Shown here piece by piece: positions 16,624 to 19,319 of a DNA stretch of 19,319 bases. The stretch lies in assembly GCA_041497675.1 (NCBI GenBank), contig JBGQGY010000074.1, positions 1-19,319 of the forward strand, written 5' to 3'. A program made the translations under genes and the position numbers. Below the pieces are notes generated by a model. The model searched no databases and was not told where the DNA came from. It saw only the letters and a program-made list of their open reading frames with translations. Numbering within the stretch: the stretch's first letter is position 1; the number at the start of each line of letters is the position of its first letter. Source of the stretch: a bacterium. GTDB taxonomy: Bacteria > Sysuimicrobiota > Sysuimicrobiia > Sysuimicrobiales > Humicultoraceae.

Positions 16624-17483
16624 GTGCGACGTGCGATCGCCTGCAGCCAGATGCGGGGAACAACCCGCAGCGACAGTTCCTCCATGGCCTGTCTGACGCC
16701 GACTTTGAGCGCTTCCGCGCCGATCTCAAGGGGCACGCCGGGGAGCGCGCCCTCGATGAACATCGAGAACTCGCTGATGTCCTCCCAGGCCTGACAGTTG
16801 AGGTCCTTTTCTTGAAACTCGAACTGCGTGTCGCCGAACCCGGTGGATTCAAGCAGCTGGCGATAGTCGTCGGGCGAAAGCCACTGCATCGCTGTGGCCT
16901 TCACACCGCGGGTAATCCCGTGGCCGCGATCTTGCAGCCATCGCCGCGCGCGCAGCACCCATAGCTTGTAGAAGCGGTAGGTGTCGGCCGGATACGCCCC
17001 ATCGAAGAAGGTCGTATTGAACGCCAGCACGCCACCGGGTCGCAGCACTTTGCTGATCCCAGAGATCACCTGCGCCTTGTCCGGAACAAGATGGATGGCG
17101 TTGCAGAAGACGACCGTGTCAACAGGCTGCGGTACGAGGCTCGAGAGGCGCTCGGCTGTGCCCTGGATGAAGCGCACCACGGCGGATTGGATACGCTGCG
17201 CGGCCTGTACCAGCGCCGAAGACGAGGGGTCGATGGCGAACACGTGTCCGCTCGGCGGGACGCCCATCCGCTTCAGGATGATCTCGGTGACGGCCCCGGG
17301 CCCGCACCCCAGATCGACGACTTCGGTCCCCGGCTTGATGGCGGCGCGCGACACGAGCCACTCGTTGACTTCTCTGAAGAATGGGTGGGCCGCAAACTTG
17401 GAGAACGAGAAGCGCTCTTCGGCCTCGCCGTCGCCGTTAACGAGAGCCTTCGAGACCATGTCCGACCGAGGCGGCGTTTCCAT
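16620..17483 (-). CDS. Class I SAM-dependent methyltransferase
   Basis: Motif I VVDLGCGPG, AIDPS, FIQGTAE, DTVV, VLRPGGVL. Stop overlaps the SDR start (GTGA). Confidence 0.88.
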   Translation of the reverse strand: METPPRSDMVSKALVNGDGEAEERFSFSKFAAHPFFREVNEWLVSRAAIKPGTEVVDLGCGPGAVTEIILKRMGVPPSGHVFAIDPSSSALVQAAQRIQSAVVRFIQGTAERLSSLVPQPVDTVVFCNAIHLVPDKAQVISGISKVLRPGGVLAFNTTFFDGAYPADTYRFYKLWVLRARRWLQDRGHGITRGVKATAMQWLSPDDYRQLLESTGFGDTQFEFQEKDLNCQAWEDISEFSMFIEGALPGVPLEIGAEALKVGVRQAMEELSLRVVPRIWLQAIARRT

Positions 17484-17492
17484 GTGCCAGAA

Positions 17493-17498
17493 ATTATA
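17493..17498 (-). promoter_or_regulatory. Consensus -10 (TATAAT) for the methyltransferase operon
   Basis: Minus strand reads AGTATAATTTCTGGCACATG, with 9 nt between TATAAT and ATG and no SD. Confidence 0.55.
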
Positions 17499-17549
17499 CT
17501 CTAATCCAGGCCCGGTTACCTGCCCCCCAGGGCAAGCTATCCATCGGTA

Positions 17550-19100
17550 TCATCCGTATTTTATGGATACGACTTTTGGTTGCACGAAGTAGCCCAGGTA
17601 GTCCGGGCCGCCCACCTTGGCGTCCGTGCCGCTCATGTTGAACCCGCCGAATGGGTGCACGCCCACCAAAGCGCCCGTGCACTTGCGGTTCAGATACAGG
17701 TTGCCGCACTGGAACTCGCGGCGCGCCCGCGCCAGGTGCTCCGGGTCACGCGAAAAGATCGAGCCGGTGAGACCGAACTCGGTGCCGTTGGCGATCGCGA
17801 GGGCATGGTCGAAGTCTCGGGCCTTGATGACCGCCACCACCGGGCCGAAGATCTCTTCTTGAGCGATACGCGCCTGAGAGTCGACGTCGGCGAAAACCGT
17901 CGGCTGGATGTAGAAGCCCCCACCGTCCCCGGGCTCGCCGCCCGCGGCCAGCCGGCCCTCGCCCTTCCCCACGCCGATGTAGTCCATGATGCCCTGCATC
18001 GCGCGCCCGTTGATGACCGGGCCTGCTGCAAAGTTGTCTCGCGCGGGACCGACCCGCAGTTCGCGCACCTTGGTGACGAACGCGTCGAGCACGTCGCGGT
18101 AGCAGCGTTCGTGGACGACCAGCCGCGACCCGGCCGAGCACTTCTGGCCCTGGAAACCGTACCCTGAGACCACGGCGGCCGTCACGGCATCGTCGAGATC
18201 GGCGCTGTCGTCGACGATGATAGCGTTCTTACCGCCCATCTCGGCGATGGCACGCTTCAGCCAGATCTGGCCGGGCTGGACCTGCGCCGCCTGCGCGTAG
18301 AGCCGAATCCCGACTTCCTTGGAACCTGTAAACGCGATCATCCGCACGCGCGCGTGCAGGACCAGCGGATCACCGACCTCGGCCCCCGAGCCCGTGACGA
18401 TATTCAGGACCCCGGGCGGCAGGCCCGCGGCTTCCAGAACCTCCTGCAGGACGTACACGTTGGCCGGCGAGTCGCTGCTGGGTTTGAGCACGACGGTGTT
18501 GCCCGCCGCGATCGCCGCCGTCGTCATCCCCGCGGGGATAGCCAGCGGGAAGTTCCACGGCGGGATCACCGCGACGACGCCGATGGGCATGTAGACGTAC
18601 TCGCTGAACTCCTGGGGGTGCGACGCTGTCGCATGCCCCCGCGCGTAGCGCAGCGCCTCGCGCGCATAGTACTCGATGAAGTCGATCGTTTCCGCGACGT
18701 CACCATCGGCCTCGCCCCAGTTCTTGCCGACCTCGAAGACCTGCCAGGCCGCGGCCCAGTACTTGCGGCGGCGCAGGATATCGGCGGCCCGCAGCAGCAC
18801 CGCAGCGCGCTCTTCGGCGGGCACCCGGCTCCAGGTCTTGAAGGCCTGGTCGGCCACCTCGACGGCGTGGTGGACTTCGCGCGCGGTGCCCTTCTGACAG
18901 ATGGCGACGGCCTGCGTTTTCAACGACGGATTCCAGGAGGTGAACTTATTATCGAGCCGGACGCGCTCGCCCCTGATGATGATGGGGAACTCTTTGCCGA
19001 GTTCGCGATCGACCGCCGCGATGGCGTCGAGCATCGCCTTCCGGCCTGGATCCTGCGAAAAATCCGTGAAGGGCTCGTTGCGGAACTCCGGTAGGGCCAT
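17550..19100 (-). CDS. pruA: 1-pyrroline-5-carboxylate (L-glutamate gamma-semialdehyde) dehydrogenase, RocA/PruA type
   Basis: FRNEPFTDFS N-terminus, EADGDVAETIDF, IPPWNFPLAI, FTGS, AEMGGKN, FQGQKCSA, NRKCTGALVGVHPFGGFNMSGTDAKVGGPDYL. SD GAGGTG. Confidence 0.93.
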   Translation of the reverse strand: MALPEFRNEPFTDFSQDPGRKAMLDAIAAVDRELGKEFPIIIRGERVRLDNKFTSWNPSLKTQAVAICQKGTAREVHHAVEVADQAFKTWSRVPAEERAAVLLRAADILRRRKYWAAAWQVFEVGKNWGEADGDVAETIDFIEYYAREALRYARGHATASHPQEFSEYVYMPIGVVAVIPPWNFPLAIPAGMTTAAIAAGNTVVLKPSSDSPANVYVLQEVLEAAGLPPGVLNIVTGSGAEVGDPLVLHARVRMIAFTGSKEVGIRLYAQAAQVQPGQIWLKRAIAEMGGKNAIIVDDSADLDDAVTAAVVSGYGFQGQKCSAGSRLVVHERCYRDVLDAFVTKVRELRVGPARDNFAAGPVINGRAMQGIMDYIGVGKGEGRLAAGGEPGDGGGFYIQPTVFADVDSQARIAQEEIFGPVVAVIKARDFDHALAIANGTEFGLTGSIFSRDPEHLARARREFQCGNLYLNRKCTGALVGVHPFGGFNMSGTDAKVGGPDYLGYFVQPKVVSIKYG

Positions 19101-19128
19101 AGATCACCTCAGGAGGGATTCACCTGTT

Positions 19129-19134
19129 ATTATA
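19129..19134 (-). promoter_or_regulatory. Consensus -10 (TATAAT) of the P5C dehydrogenase gene
   Basis: Minus-strand TATAAT 28 nt upstream of ATG 19100 in the divergent intergenic region. Confidence 0.5.
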
Positions 19135-19196
19135 GCGGCGCGCGCAACGCTTGCATGCGGCGGGGAGTTGTCGCCGAGCATTCGAAGGAGGTCCAC

Positions 19197-19319
19197 GTGA
19201 CCAACGCTCTCAACCCCAGACGTACTATCGCCGAACTCAAAGAGCTGCGCGCGCTTACCGGCAACGCGGACGGTGCTCAGCGCGTCGCCTGGACCGAACC
19301 CTGGGCCAAGGCCCGTGAA
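19197..19319 (+). CDS. Probable M20-family Zn-dependent amidohydrolase (allantoate / N-carbamoyl-amino-acid type), 3'-truncated
   Basis: AAGGAGGT SD, GTG 19197, open to the window end: MTNALNPRRTIAELKELRALTGNADGAQRVAWTEPWAKARE, which resembles the N-terminus of hydantoinase/carbamoylase-family amidases. Not in the ORF track. Confidence 0.7.
   Translation, partial: MTNALNPRRTIAELKELRALTGNADGAQRVAWTEPWAKARE

Noticed and set aside
17521..17534. Hairpin TGCCC-CCCA-GGGCA after pruA as a terminator
   Set aside because: Only a 5-bp stem with no U-tract on the minus strand.
19145..19160. TTGCATGC upstream of pruA as a possible ARG box
   Set aside because: No AT-rich centre and no ATTCA/ATGCA half-site at the right spacing.

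Overview
High-GC bacterial chromosomal window with two parts. The left ~7 kb is an accessory, all plus-strand cluster: a CARDB-like protein cut by the window edge, two PrcB C-terminal-like secreted paralogues, a 1086-aa AfsR/SARP-type STAND regulator (HTH-BTAD-NB-ARC-TPR), a DUF11 Ig-like secreted protein, a third PrcB_C-like paralogue, and an S11 D-Ala-D-Ala carboxypeptidase homologue with all three catalytic motifs altered. Just after the regulator lies a heptamer direct repeat with 11-bp period (ATAAGAC-N4-ATAAGAC) ending 8 nt before a TAnnnT -10, the geometry of a SARP-activated promoter. The right part is metabolic: a cyanobacterial-like extended SDR, carAB behind a sigma70 promoter overlapped by tandem ARG boxes, an internally deleted dienelactone-hydrolase pseudogene, a minus-strand operon (methyltransferase, FabG-like SDR, two Dpp/Opp permeases, MFS) lacking a binding protein and ATPases, RocA-type P5C dehydrogenase, and the start of a probable M20 amidohydrolase. 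No RNA genes, CRISPR arrays or mobile elements were recognised. All family calls come from motif recognition by eye, not database searches.
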